From: an uncultured bacterium
GTDB lineage: Bacteria > Babelota > Babeliae > Babelales > Vermiphilaceae
Length of the DNA stretch: 64,000 nt
Assembly: GCA_963727255.1 (NCBI GenBank)
Contig: CAVSFC010000002.1
Coordinates: forward strand, 288,001-352,000
Direction: 5' to 3'
Part shown: one piece after another, positions 31,405-43,520 of the stretch
Layout of the letters: every line of letters starts with the position of its first letter
How positions within the stretch are numbered: position 1 is the first letter of the stretch
Translations under genes and position numbers: made by a program
The notes under the pieces: model-generated
The model's input: the letters and a program-made list of their open reading frames with translations, nothing else
What the model was told of the DNA's origin: nothing
The model's database searches: none

Positions 31405-32662
31405 TCATGAATTCAGGATTGATAACATTAATGCATCTTCAATGCGAAGCAGTTCATTATATTTTGCAAGATGTTCACCGCGCGCGGTGCCTCCCGCCTT
31501 GATATAACCAGCGCTCGTCCCGACCGCAAGATCAACAATCATAGTATCATTTGTTTCGCATGATCGGTGCGAAAGAATACAGCTCATTTCATATTCCTTG
31601 CATAATTTAATTGCTTGCAATGCTTCAGTAATCGTGCCAATTTGATTCGGTTTAATTATCGCCCCGGTTGCCAGGCCCATGCTCAATGCCATTCGCGATC
31701 AAATTAGGATTACTCGCAAATAAATCATCACCAATCAATTGCACATTATCAAGCTGATTCATCATGGCGACCCAGCCTTTTTCATCAAACTCAGAAAGCC
31801 CATCTTCAATTGAGAAAATCGGATACTCTTTAATTAATCGTTCATAGAGATCGATAAGATCTGCACTTGTTAATGATTTTTTTCCATCCCAATCATATTT
31901 ATGCGTTTTACGATCATAGAATTGTGAAGCGGCAACATCAAGCGAGATTAAAAACCGATGACTCGTTGTTTTTTGTACTGCTTCAATAGCTTCCATAAGC
32001 ATATCTAGCGCCTGCGCATCATTTTTAAAATCTGCGCTGAGTGCGCCTTCGGAAGAAATAGAGACACAATCGAATTTTTTCTTAAGCAGCCCATACAGAT
32101 GATGGTGCAACAGCACCGCTGCTTCCATGCATGCCCTAAAGCTTTGCGAGCCAATAGGAATCACCATCATTTCTTGAATCCGCACTTTTCCGGGCGAATG
32201 AGCACCCCCACTTATGCAATTAAACATCGCAAAGGGCAATGTTACTGAACTATACTCGCACAAATATCCAACAAGTTCATATACTTCCATTCCTTCAACC
32301 GAAGCATGAGCACGTAAAACTGCCATGCTTGCAGCAAGCATGGCATTAGCACCAAGTTTCGATTTATTTGCCGTCCCATCAAGCTCGATCATCGCAAGAT
32401 CCAGGCTCACTAAATTTGGTTCTTGGCCTATTAAAATTGGAGCAATAATAGATTCAATTGTGTCGATAGCCTTGAGAACTCCTTTACCGCTCATTCTTTG
32501 CCCGCTATCGCGCAATTCATAGGCTTCATGTTTGCCACGCGATATCCCGCTCGGGACCGATGCAGTAACATATGAGCCATCTTCTAGGCTGATTTCGCAT
32601 TCAAGCGTCGGCCAACCGCGCGCATCATAAATTTCTCTACCTACAACTTTTGCAATCTTCAT
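31405..32662 (-). CDS. eno: Enolase (divergent; one frameshift near 31680)
   Basis: REIYDARG.PT, VPSG, GANA, GGAH, DVAAS, SIEDG, GDDLF, KPNQIGT, SHRS, KYNELLRIE. Confidence 0.92.
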
Positions 32663-32690
32663 ACACTAAACCCTTTTTTTCAAGCCCGCC

Positions 32691-32775
32691 CCGTTCGCTC
32701 CGAGTGAGGCCGCAGGCCGAATCGAGAAAACATTTTATTTCTCGATTCGCATAAATGCTCGCTCGAAATGGACGG
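32691..32775 (+). repeat. Structured palindromic intergenic element, second full copy
   Basis: CCGTTCGCTCCGAGTGAGGCCGCAGGCCGAATCGAGAAA...TTTCTCGATTCG...CTCGCTCGAAATGGACGG. Confidence 0.8.
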
Positions 32776-32896
32776 TTGAGATTTTTAATAAATCAATTAC
32801 CACTATACACAGATTGCACATAATTAAACATGATTATATTCCTTTTCACACTCTTGCCCTATTACAATTAAGAAAAATAGTTTTAAAGGAGTAATC

Positions 32897-33199
32897 ATGA
32901 ATAGTATCGAGCCGCACTATTATAAAGAAATTGTTCACATTCTTACTGATATATTCCCCGGCACGCTCATTTATTACATTCGGGATAACATCAAAGAGTC
33001 TACGCAAGATGGTAAACAACCTGAAGTTGATATTGCAATCGATGTTGGAAGAAAAGTAGGGGATAAAGATCTTGCTGAAGCACAACGAGCATTAGCCGAG
33101 ACTCATATTCCCTACACTATTTATTTGTATGATTTGAACGGCGTGAGTGAACATGAGCGAAAAAAAATTATTAGTAAAGCTCAGGCATTGAAGTTATGA
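32897..33199 (+). CDS. Minimal nucleotidyltransferase (MNT)-fold protein, degenerate
   Basis: AAGGAG RBS; 100 aa; EVDIAID and IPYTIYLYDLN pattern; FGS motif absent. Confidence 0.55.
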   Translation: MNSIEPHYYKEIVHILTDIFPGTLIYYIRDNIKESTQDGKQPEVDIAIDVGRKVGDKDLAEAQRALAETHIPYTIYLYDLNGVSEHERKKIISKAQALKL

Positions 33200-34986
33200 T
33201 TGCGGTTTCTTCCCCGGTATCATCATTAGCCCATAATCACGCAATTTTTCAATAGGCTCAAGAGGGCTGGGGGCTTCCATCATCGGATCAATGCCGCGTG
33301 CTGTTTTTGGAAATGCAATAACTTCGCGAATAGAGGAAGTTTTGCTCATAATCATAATAAATCGATCAAGCCCAAGCGCCGCACCTCCATGCGGAGGAAA
33401 GCCTAGTTCTTGCGCTTCAAGCAAGAATCCAAACTCTTTTTGCATCCGCTCTTTAGAAAGCCCTAAAATTTCAAATACTTTTTCTTGAATTTCTGGGTTA
33501 TGAATACGAATTGAACCGCCGCCCAATTCAAATCCATTCAAAATCACATCATAGGCGCGGGCTTTCATTTGATCCTTTGCAAGATTTTCCCAACCATTTT
33601 GAGGAGAAGTAAAGGGATGATTCACTGATTCCATTTTTTTAAATCTTCATTGTATTCAAATAAGGGAAAATCAGTAACCCATGAAAAATTGAATTGATCA
33701 AAAGGAATCAGATTTAATGTATGAGCCACTTCCAATCGCAAGCGACCGAGCAAGGTCCATGCCTCTTTATAAGCTCCGGCGATTAAAAAGAGCGTGCTCT
33801 TAGGATTAAGGCCCGGGAAAATTGCTTGAGCTTTCTCATAAAAATCAGCCGGTAAGAATTTAGCGACCGGCGAATCAACTTGCCCATCTTTAAAGCGAAT
33901 CCACAATAATCCCTTTGCGCCAATCTGCTGCGCATGATCAACCATTCCATCTAATTCTGAGCGCGCAAATTCATAATCGGCAACATGCAAAGCGCCAATT
34001 TTTCCATTTTTCTCAAGAACCGCTTTTATAAATTTGAGCTCCGTTCCTTCAAAAAGTGCTGTACAATCCTGAATCTTTAAATCAAATCGTAAATCCGGCT
34101 TATCAGATCCATAGTCAGCAAATGCTTGGGCATGGGTAAGGCGAGGGAATGGAATTGGCAAATCTTTATTAAAAATCTTTTTCCATACATATGCTAATAA
34201 TCCTTCAATACAATCCTGGATATCTTTTTCTTCAATAAAAGACATTTCAAGATCCAGTTGAGTGAACTCAGGCTGGCGATCAGCGCGCAAATCTTCATCT
34301 CTAAAACAGCGAGCAACTTGGAAATAACGTTCCATTCCAGCTGCCATCAAAATCTGTTTATATAATTGAGGAGATTGGGGCAACGCATAAAATGAGCCTT
34401 GGTGAATGCGTGAAGGCACAACAAATTCACGAGAGCCTTCACCGGTATTTTTAGTTAGAATCGGAGTTTCTATCTCAAAAAATCCTTGCTTTTGCAAAAA
34501 TTCTCGCATTGCAAAAAACACTTCATGCCGTAGCTTAATGCGCTCAAGCATTTCCGGGCGCCGCAAATCTAAATAGCGGTATTTGAGGCGCAACTCTTCA
34601 TCAATATGCTCCGCATCTTCGATCATAAATGGCAAAGCTTTTGCCTTATTGAGAATGGTAAGGCCGGTCACATGGACCTCGAACTGCCCGGTCGGCAACT
34701 CTTTATTGACTGTCTCAGGGGTTCTTCTAACCACTTTTCCTTTAACCGAGATTACAAATTCCGAGCGCAAACTATGCGCCAATTCATGAGCTTGCTTATC
34801 AAAATCAGGATTAAATACAAGTTGCACTATACCCGAGCGATCACGAAGATCGATAAAAATAAGTCCGCCATGATCGCGGCGACGGGCAACCCATCCGCAT
34901 AGATCAACTGTTTTTTCCAAATATTCGGCAGTAATTTTTCCGCAATGAACAGTTCGAGCATAGTGCATTTGCAACACCTTAGGCAT
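33194..34986 (-). CDS. aspS: Aspartate--tRNA ligase (one frameshift near 33625)
   Basis: RRDHGGLIFIDLRD, RLKYRYLDLRR, LPQSPQLYKQ, RCFRDEDLRADRQPEFTQ, GGGSIRIH, PPHGG.ALGLDR. Confidence 0.95.
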
Positions 34987-35031
34987 AAATTTTATTAAAA
35001 AAAGCTTATTTTAAGCTTATCATGCCTATTT

Positions 35032-35892
35032 CTAATTGTTAACAGCTGTCTTGGGGCTCTTTGCACATGGGCTTTGAGTTAATGCAAAAATGGCCCCTTT
35101 CATTTCAATTTCTTTTTTCTTCGCTTTTTTGTAATCTTCTGGACTATATGCTTCAATGAGTTTCCAATCCTCTTTATTCAATGGATTATAGCGCTGTTCT
35201 GCGATTTTATACCACAGCTCAATTGGCAAGGTAATTGGCAATGTTCGACAACAACGGTTCAAATAATGGGCCATGCGATGTACCCGCCTTGCGTGGCCTT
35301 GACACAATATATCTACAAATTTTCCGCTCGGAGAGCAAGGAAGATCTTCTTTTTTCAAACTGATGCTGGGATCCAATCCATAATAGAGGAGCGTGCTAAT
35401 GTAATGCACATCGCCCTCTGAACCAGTTGGAAAAGCATAATTCAATCGCCATTTATTTAGATCGGCCCCATATCTCAGTAAAAGCCTGAAGGCTTGCATC
35501 TTTCTATAATTAAAGCATTCTCTCAGATAGAATTCTTCTTCGCCTGCAGAAATAATCTTAAAATCCGGATCTGCTCCATATTGAAGAAGAAGTTCTGCAT
35601 TTTTATAAGCCCGAGCAAAAAAAGCTGGATACAAAAAATCATCAACATGATATGCGACATTGATACCTTTAGCAATGATGCCTTTCTCTAAAGCATTCTT
35701 CAACAACCAATGATGAGAATCATGGCGCGCTATCTGCTTAAGCAAATTTTCCTCATTTTGCTGCCATATAACTTTTTTTTTGGCTATGTTTAATACTTTT
35801 TTTATAAGATCTGGCTGTGTGTGAATATTTGATGTGAACTCCATAGGATGCATAAAGCCGCTAGAGATGATAATTAAAAATAATTTTTTCAT
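35032..35892 (-). CDS. Secreted ankyrin protein with a C-terminal F-box/PRANC-like motif
   Basis: GGAG RBS; FMHP|MEF; LLLQYGADP, LLLRYGADL; LPIELWYKI...LNKED. Confidence 0.75.
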   Translation of the reverse strand: MKKLFLIIISSGFMHPMEFTSNIHTQPDLIKKVLNIAKKKVIWQQNEENLLKQIARHDSHHWLLKNALEKGIIAKGINVAYHVDDFLYPAFFARAYKNAELLLQYGADPDFKIISAGEEEFYLRECFNYRKMQAFRLLLRYGADLNKWRLNYAFPTGSEGDVHYISTLLYYGLDPSISLKKEDLPCSPSGKFVDILCQGHARRVHRMAHYLNRCCRTLPITLPIELWYKIAEQRYNPLNKEDWKLIEAYSPEDYKKAKKKEIEMKGAIFALTQSPCAKSPKTAVNN

Positions 35893-35900
35893 AATACTCC

Positions 35901-35931
35901 AAAAAAAAGCCCCATCACTCATTGATGGGGC
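35901..35931 (-). terminator. Intrinsic terminator
   Basis: GCCCCATCA/TGATGGGGC stem plus 8-U run on the minus strand. Confidence 0.8.
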
Positions 35932-35954
35932 AATTGTATCATTATGATAAATTC

Positions 35955-37885
35955 TTAGAAAGTAAATTCCATACCGATATTGACTGTGTAAGCGGTATCA
36001 TTTCCAACGCTAAAACGCGGCGTTACTGGTTTACCCTTAATATCTTTAAAATGGGTACCCGGCAAAAAGAGCGAGCCAATCGCAAAGCATTTTAAACTCG
36101 CAAATGGGTAGTAGCTTAAGAATGTATTAAGTTCTATGCCCAAATATTTGCTTGCTTGCTCAGATAAATCCGTTTTTGTGACATTGTCATATTTCTTGCC
36201 AGGACTTGGCTCCCAATAGACAAAGATGTTTGGATTCCAAACAAAACGAGATTCAGCGCATGAAGCGGGCTTCCAAGTAAGGCCAGCCCCTACAAATCCC
36301 AGATTTGTAAATCCTGAAAAACTTGATGCAAAATCTTTATTGGCCAGGGGATATTCTGGCTGCGTTCCGGGCCGTTTAACTTTACCTACTGTTCCAAGCA
36401 AGAATACGCTTTTCACACGTTTACCCGCATAAACTTCTTGCAACCCAATGAATCCTTTAAAATTGCTATCTTTTACGACAAAATTAGGATCTTGGTCGCC
36501 TGAAGCATATCCACCGGTTCCGGCAACTTGCAATTCACGGTTATAAACCCAATATGAAGCATCGGCAACAGCCATCCAGCCTTCATACTTATTTGCATAT
36601 CCATTACCATTCGGATCGGTACGGAACGCTAATCGAAGAGTTTTGCAAATTTAATGGGCCATCAACATAGCCAAGACTTGCTAAATTTTGAGCGCCTTCA
36701 ATCACTTGACCATTTTGCAACGAGGTCCCGGTTAATGAAGAAGTGTTAATCGCTTTTTGGGCATGCACTTTTTGGAACATTGGGAGCTTTAAGCCCATTG
36801 AACTGAATTTGCAGCTATCAACGATAACTTGATTATTTACCAGTCAACCACTTGCCCATTAAAATTATTCATAATAATTTGATTTCTATCCCATGGCTTT
36901 ACAAATTGATGACCTCTATTGAACGCAGTATCAAAGCCACATTCAAATGCATTATTGATATATTCGCAGGCCAATCCGGCAGTCATTAATTTACTATTCG
37001 AATCAGCAGCAAATTCTACTCTTTGCTCCGGATCATCATTATACATAATATAAGGCTCAACCGTTGCTGTTCCGTAATCATTATCGAATGCGGTCCATAG
37101 CAAACGCGCTGCAATTAAATAGTTATCTTTGCCAAATCCACGCGCATGGATGATCACGACGTCCAATTTCTTGCTTTAAAACCGGCTTGCTGGTTTCTCT
37201 AATGAATTGCTTCTGCTTTGCAACAATGCGCCATATAAATCATACTTAAGCGTTTCAGGGATAATATCACCAGAGAAGTTTAAGACCAAATGCAAATTGA
37301 TCAATCATGCCATCCGAATAGAAGCCGAGTGGGCCGGGCCCGATAGCATATGCCGCACCTAATGAAATACCGCGTCCCAACTCAAAGGGAAAGGCGCCAA
37401 CAGTAAGATAATGTTTATTTTCAAATCCAAGACCCAAGAATTCGCACAGACCAACTTGCAGCCAAATTTCACGCATCCAGAAAAACAGGCGCGGTAATGC
37501 ATGATGGTGATCTCCAAATTCAGCATTAAGAAATGGCGCTTCTGCAGGCAATGTTTGCGCAACATACTTGGACTTCCCCACACTGCACGATTACGAACGG
37601 ATGTTTTAAATTCAGCAACCGGATATCCAAATGTTTCTTTTCCATAAACTAAATCTAAGAAATAATCATTGGTATGACGGAAATAAAAAATTACATCTTC
37701 AGGAACATTATTATTTAAGAAGGTAAAATTTTTACCGGCAAATGCTTCAGGTTTAAAAATACCCCAGAAATCAATTTCAATGTCACATCTTTTTTTGTCA
37801 AGAGACATGTTTTTGCTTCTATTGAGAAACTCATTAAACCAAAAATAGCGATGCTTATTAATGGTATTTTTTTTAAGGGGATCAT
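35955..37885 (-). CDS. Outer-membrane beta-barrel protein, heavily frameshifted
   Basis: AGGAG RBS; signal peptide ending IEA; alternating aromatic strands; GYASGD; C-terminal VNIGMEFTF beta-signal. Confidence 0.65.
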
Positions 37886-38081
37886 TATAACTCCTGCCAA
37901 TGCTGACGCAGCAAAAAAGCAAAGCCCCAGCTGGAGCCCATTACTTTTACTAAAATGTGTTTACGGGAAAAAACTAACGGTTGTGATACATTGGATTATA
38001 TGTTTACAACTGAGTTTTGTACTAAATATGGTAATCAAATCATCAGTTTTGTCAAATAAAATACAGGTAAAAAGGGCATTT

Positions 38082-38986
38082 ATGACACCAAAAAAACATC
38101 GACTCTTCTTGGGGCACATATGTCTATTAGCGGTGGACTCGAAAAATCGATCGAAAGGGGCGAATCAATCGGATGCACCACAATCCAAATATTTACCAAA
38201 AGCAATCGCCAATGGCATGCCAAACCACTTACTCAAGATGCTATTGAGCTCTTTAAGAAAACTGCTACATGCATCCACTGTTCATCCGATTGTTGCACAT
38301 GCAACCTATCTTATTAATATCGCATCTCCCGATAAAAAAATTGAACATGCATCGGTAGAAGCGCTCGTTCAAAGAGCTTAATCGCTGCCAGGAATTGGGC
38401 ATTCATTATCTGGTCTTGCACCCGGGATCATATGTAAAAGGAACACCGCAAGAAGGGATCGAGCGAATCATCAGACAATTTAAATAGTATTTTTGAACGG
38501 GTTCCGGGGAATACCATTATTTCTTTAGAAACTATGGCCGGCCAAGGATCAGCGCTTTGCTCAACTTTTGAGCAAATAGCAACAATTATAAAACATATCA
38601 ATCATAAAAATAGAATCGGGGTCTGTTTTGATACATGCCATGCCTTTGTTGCCGGCTATGATTTGCGGACTCCCAAAACATATGAACAAACATGGAAGAC
38701 TTTTGATGAGACAATTGGCATTGAAAAACTCAATGTAATTCATGTTAATGATTCTAAAAAAGGACTTAATTCTCGAGTCGATCGGCATGAACATATCGGC
38801 AAAGGGGAACTTGGACTTGAAGCATTCAAGCTCTTATTTAATGATAAACGGTTTTTTGATATCCCCAAGATCCTTGAAACCCCAAAGGCAACGGAAGAGC
38901 CATTTACTGAAGATAAAATGAATATGGCAACTATTCGATCATTGCTCTGGGCTTCAACAAAGAAAACATTGGGAGTTGAAGAGTAA
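38082..38986 (+). CDS. nfo: Endonuclease IV, frameshifted
   Basis: [62 protein letters not shown]. Confidence 0.92.
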
Positions 38987-39033
38987 TTTTGAGGTGAATT
39001 CCTGCATGCTTTTACTAAAACTGAACTTGCACA

Positions 39034-39280
39034 CATCCTGAGTGCGGCCGAAGGCCGTGTATCCAGCCTTCGTAGCCTTCTTCGTTTAAGCTATTGGCAT
39101 TCGAGGTTGAACTTGGCGGAGTAGGCTCGAAGGATTGAGCGCTCTCCTACTGCACTAAACTATACAGTCATTAGAAAAACCTGAAATTCAATTACTTGAA
39201 AAAATTTAAGAAAGTATATCGCTATTATGCTCGAAAGATGAACTACCTTCGCTACGCCTGCTACGGAGGCACTCAGGATG
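39034..39280. repeat. Composite palindromic element with a 12-bp terminal inverted repeat
   Basis: CATCCTGAGTGC...GCACTCAGGATG; internal CGGCCGAAGGCCG hairpin; nested AGCCT...AGGCT segment. Confidence 0.65.
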
Positions 39281-39714
39281 CGCACTTGTATTCTTATTTA
39301 TAGATTAAAGATGAGGGGAATTGGATTTTCATTTCGTGATCTGCTTAAGAAGGTGAGCTAAGTAATAGATAAGAATTTTAAAGTTATTTGAGCTAGGAAG
39401 GAATTGTAGTAGTAATCTTTAAAAATTCCTATCTATTACTTTCTCAACAAGCAGTGCATCTAACCATACTTCTTTGACCGATACTTTGTTTTCTAAAGGA
39501 GGAGTAACTATTCTCGATCAAAGACGCTAACCATTTTCTATCAAAAAACAACAAAAAATAAAAAACTTTTTTGCATCCAAAATTGCAACAACACAAAAAT
39601 GCTTTATTTATAGCTATTTTTCTAATTTTATGATTATTTTTTAAAAAAACAACAAAAACGCAACATTTTATGTTCGATGCAAGAAATCACCCCCCAACAA
39701 GAAAGCCTTAATAC

Positions 39715-39745
39715 ACAAAAATCCCCTTTGATAGGGGGTTTTTGT
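39715..39745. terminator. Terminator-like hairpin downstream of infB
   Basis: ACAAAAATCCCCT-TTGAT-AGGGGGTTTTTGT. Confidence 0.6.
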
Positions 39746-39813
39746 ACGGTTGATCTCTATATTATTCTATTTACTTGAAGAATTATGCGCGAGCCATCAG
39801 CTTATAAAGCTGG

Positions 39814-41918
39814 CTAACGTTTCATTTTTTTGCAGAAGTCAGGGCGTTCAACGAAACATTCAACCCGATCATCAACTTGCCAATCTTTGAAATCTTCAAC
39901 CATAAAGGCACATTCATATCCGGCATGCACTTCTTTTACGGTATTTTTATCTCGCTGAAGACTTGAAATTTTGCCTTCGCCAATCTTTTTGGTTCCACGC
40001 CAAATGGTAACCATACCATCTCGCGAAAAAATTCCTTGCTTAACATAAGCACCGGCAATAACTCCCAAATTTTTTATATCAAAGACTTTGCGAACAAATG
40101 CTTCTCCTACTTTAGTACGCACCATTTTGACCGGGGCCATACTCGTAGAAAGTTCTTGCAAGTATTCAAGCAATTTATAAATAATATCAAAAGAAGTAAT
40201 TGAAACACCGATTCTTTGTGCCAAAAGCGCTGCATTTGGTTCTGATTTCACATGGAGCGTAATAATGCGTGCACCCGTATCACTGGCGAGCATCACATCA
40301 CTTTCATTCACATTGCCAATTCCCGATTGCAACACCAAAAAGCCTTTTTCGCTTTTTTTAGATACTTTTGCAATCGATTCAAGCAACGCTTCTTTTGAAG
40401 AATTGGTATCAGTTTTAACAATGAGAGTAATATGCATTTTCTGATTGATAGGTGCGTTGTGCAGCCCTGCGATTGCCTTTGACCGGTAAAAAGTTGTTTT
40501 GTTTTTAAATATGAATCTTTATCAACAACCTCAAAATAATCTCCCGCTTCGGGCAATTCACTAAATCCTGCAACTTGCACCGGATGTGATGGCCCACACT
40601 TCAGTAACTCGTTGGCCATAAGAATCAACCATAGAGCTCACTTTGCCGGTAGTTTTGCCTGCAACAAAATGATCGCCAATCTTTAAGCAAACCTTGTTGC
40701 GTTAAAATTGTTGCAACCGGACCACGGCCTTTTTCTAATTTTGATTCAAGCACAAAGCCTAATGCATTGCCGGTTAGCTTGCGCTTGCAATTCCATAAGT
40801 TGCGATTGCAATACAATCATTTCAAGAAGCTTATCAACTCCCAGTCCTGTTTTTGCGGAAATAGGCACATAAATCGTTTGGCCGCCCCATTCTTCAGGCA
40901 ATAAATTATGTTGCGTTGCCAAATCGCGCTTTACAATATCAATGCGCGCTTTATCAACTTTATCAATTTTATTTATTGCAACAATAATAGGAACATTCAT
41001 CGATTGCGCATGTTTAAGCGCTTCAATGGTTTGTGGCATAACGCCATCATCAGCAGCAACAACTAGAATTACAATATCAGCAACTTTAGTTCCGCGAACA
41101 CGAATTTTTGAAAATGCTTCATGCCCGGGAGTATCAATAAACACCAAATTGCCTTGCGGAGTTTTCGCTTCATAGGCGCCCAAGATGTTGCGTAATGCCA
41201 CCCTTTTCTTTTGCAGCAACACGCGTTTTTCTAATAAAATCAAGCAATGTTGTTTTGCCATGATCCACATGTCCCATAACCACAACAACCGGAAGCCGTT
41301 CTTTAAGTTGCTCTTATGCAGTAGCTTTAGCAGAAACCTTTTGTTCTTGCTGGCTTTTCTACAACCGGTTTAACGGTCGGAATTTCATAATGCTGCGCAA
41401 TTCGCGCAACAAGATCTTCAGTTAAGCAGTTGATTTTTATTTGAAAAAATTCCCCATTTGAGCAGTGTCAGAATAAGATCACTGCGTTGTTTTATTAATT
41501 TTTAGCAGCAAGATCTGAAAGAATATAGGGCATGCAAAAGCTGCGATGTAGCTGCAGGAGTAATCTTTTTCTCTTCAATTTCTTTTTTGGGTTGCTCGAT
41601 CACCTTGGGCATTGGAGTGCTAGTTTTAGGAGTTTGTTGCATCATTGGGCGCTTTTAACACTTTTTTTTCTTCCTTTGCCACACCGGCTTTTGCTGCTTC
41701 TTGACAGGGGCTATACTTTTTGACTTTCAATGCGGGTTCTTTTACTTGAACGGCAGGAGCTTTTTGAGTCTTTTTTACAACTTCTTTATTAAGAAATTGT
41801 ATTGCTTCATCAGAAAGAACCGCCATATGGCTTGAAACTTCGAATCCATTCTTACTAAGAAGAGCAATAAATCTTTTGATGATAATCCATGTTCTTTTGC
41901 AAATTCATATACACGCAT
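39814..41918 (-). CDS. infB: Translation initiation factor IF-2, heavily frameshifted
   Basis: [10 protein letters not shown]-terminus; [33 protein letters not shown]. Confidence 0.93.
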
Positions 41919-41950
41919 TGGCAATTATAGCTCTTTCTTTTATAAAATCA

Positions 41951-43019
41951 TCAATCAAATTCTTCCATATCCATGGCAATTTCTTCCGTTCCTTGTTGTC
42001 CCGATCTTCGCTTTTTACCAAATGAATATTAAAGCCACTCAAGCGAGAAGCAAGTGAAATATTTTGTCCCATTTTCCCGATTGCCAAAGAGCGCTGATCT
42101 TCATTCAGCCAGACATTGCAATTTTGATCATCAATAATTTCAACTCTGTTAATTTGCGCAGGCTTTAAGGAATCTCTGATCAGAATTTCCGGAGAATCAC
42201 TCCATACAATAACATCAATCTTTTCGCCGCCCAACTCTTTAAGAATTGGCTTGATGCGCGCCCCGCCAATACCCACACAAGTACCAACTGGATCAATATT
42301 TTTATCATGAGAAACAACGGCAACCTTTGATTTATAGCCAGGAGTTCTTACAATTTTTTTAATTTCAACTAATTTTTCAAAAACTTCAGGAATTTCAAAC
42401 TCAAAAAGACGCTGCAAGAAAAGCTCAGAAGCGCGATCAAGAATCAAGCTGATTATCATTGCGAGGCTCAGGCAAAACTTCTTTAAGCAATGCTCTGATC
42501 GTGTAACCGGCAGCGCATTTTTCGCCTGGAATCATCAAGAGATTTAGGCAAGAAGGCAAGCGTATCGCCAATCTTAACGGCAGCACCACCACGCTCACAT
42601 TTATGAATGATTCCATGAATAATGGTGCCTTCTTTGTCTTTAAATTCTTCATAAACCGCTGAGCTTCAATTCTTCTGATGCTGTTGGCAATAACTTGCTT
42701 GGCGCGCAAAATCTCAATACGTCCAATTTTTCCATCAAAGGGAACCTTGATCGTTGTCGCCAAGCTCAGCCTTTTCGTCTAATAGCCCGTGCCTTGCGAA
42801 GGCTGATCTGCCGATCTTCATCTTCAACAGTATTAACAACTTCTTTTTCGATCAAAATAACCATTTCATTGGTTTTTTTGTCGAATTCAACCTTAAGGGT
42901 AAGATCAGGATATTTTTTTCATATGCAGCAAGCATTCCTTCGCAGACTATGCCACTTAAAATGTCTTTGTCTAGACCACGCTCTTCAACGAGTTCGTCAA
43001 TAACTTCAGTGAGTTTCAC
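41951..43019 (-). CDS. nusA: Transcription factor NusA, frameshifted
   Basis: GTG start KLTEVIDELVEERG; FEIPE, RTPGYKSKVAV, DPVGTCVG, EKIDVI, SLAIGKMGQN. Confidence 0.93.
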
Positions 43020-43203
43020 TGTTAATTGCCTTCTAAATAGGAGTTGCTTGTTTGATGAAAATTGTGTTGTCGAATAAATTATAAAGATTTAATTATGACA
43101 ATCGTACATATACGTAAGTGTATTACAAACCCACGCTTTAGCGCAAGCTCAACATTATCAAGTTCTAGGTCGTCAATTTGAGCCTTCATTTCTGCCATCC
43201 GCC

Positions 43204-43520
43204 TTATTATTATATTTATATATATATTAATACTTATAATAATAATAGGTGAGCCGGTTTTTGGTGGATAACTTACCTTGATGGCCATATCTGTTTATTG
43301 ATCTAATCAAGCATTTCGAAGAGCATTGAGTGGTGGATAACTTGGTGGATAAGTGGTGGATAACTTGTGGATAACTTTTTGTTGCGCTTGAAATTGCGCT
43401 TTGAATGATAGGCTTTTAAGGGGTTTTGCTGGCTAAGCGCCTTTCATGGCGATACTATTGGATGTTGCGCAATGAGTTATCCACCACTTATCCACCACTT
43501 ATCCACCAAGTTATCCACCA
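43204..43520. other. Chromosomal replication origin (oriC)
   Basis: Nine DnaA boxes: GGTGGATAA at 43263, 43332, 43344, 43355; TGTGGATAA at 43366; TTATCCACC at 43477, 43488, 43499, 43511. Adjacent GC-rich spacer, DnaA-trios and AT-rich tract; local GC-skew change. Confidence 0.85.

Noticed and set aside
31405..32662. Divergent enolase as a pseudo-enzyme
   Set aside because: Catalytic and metal-binding residues (GGAH, QE, SEG, DVAAS, ED, DD, K, SHRS) appear retained.
39300..39800. AT-rich low-complexity stretch with repeated AAAAAACAACAAAAA
   Set aside because: No ORF or structure beyond a terminator; possibly poor-quality consensus.
14394..43019. Programmed frameshifting, genetic-code change or genome decay to explain split genes
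   Set aside because: Breaks are indels at inconsistent contexts in essential genes, and intact genes end in all three stop codons; sequencing error is simpler.
43332..43519. Tandem 11-12 bp repeats as a CRISPR array, VNTR or iterons
   Set aside because: Units match DnaA boxes, there are no unique spacers, and no cas or rep genes are nearby.
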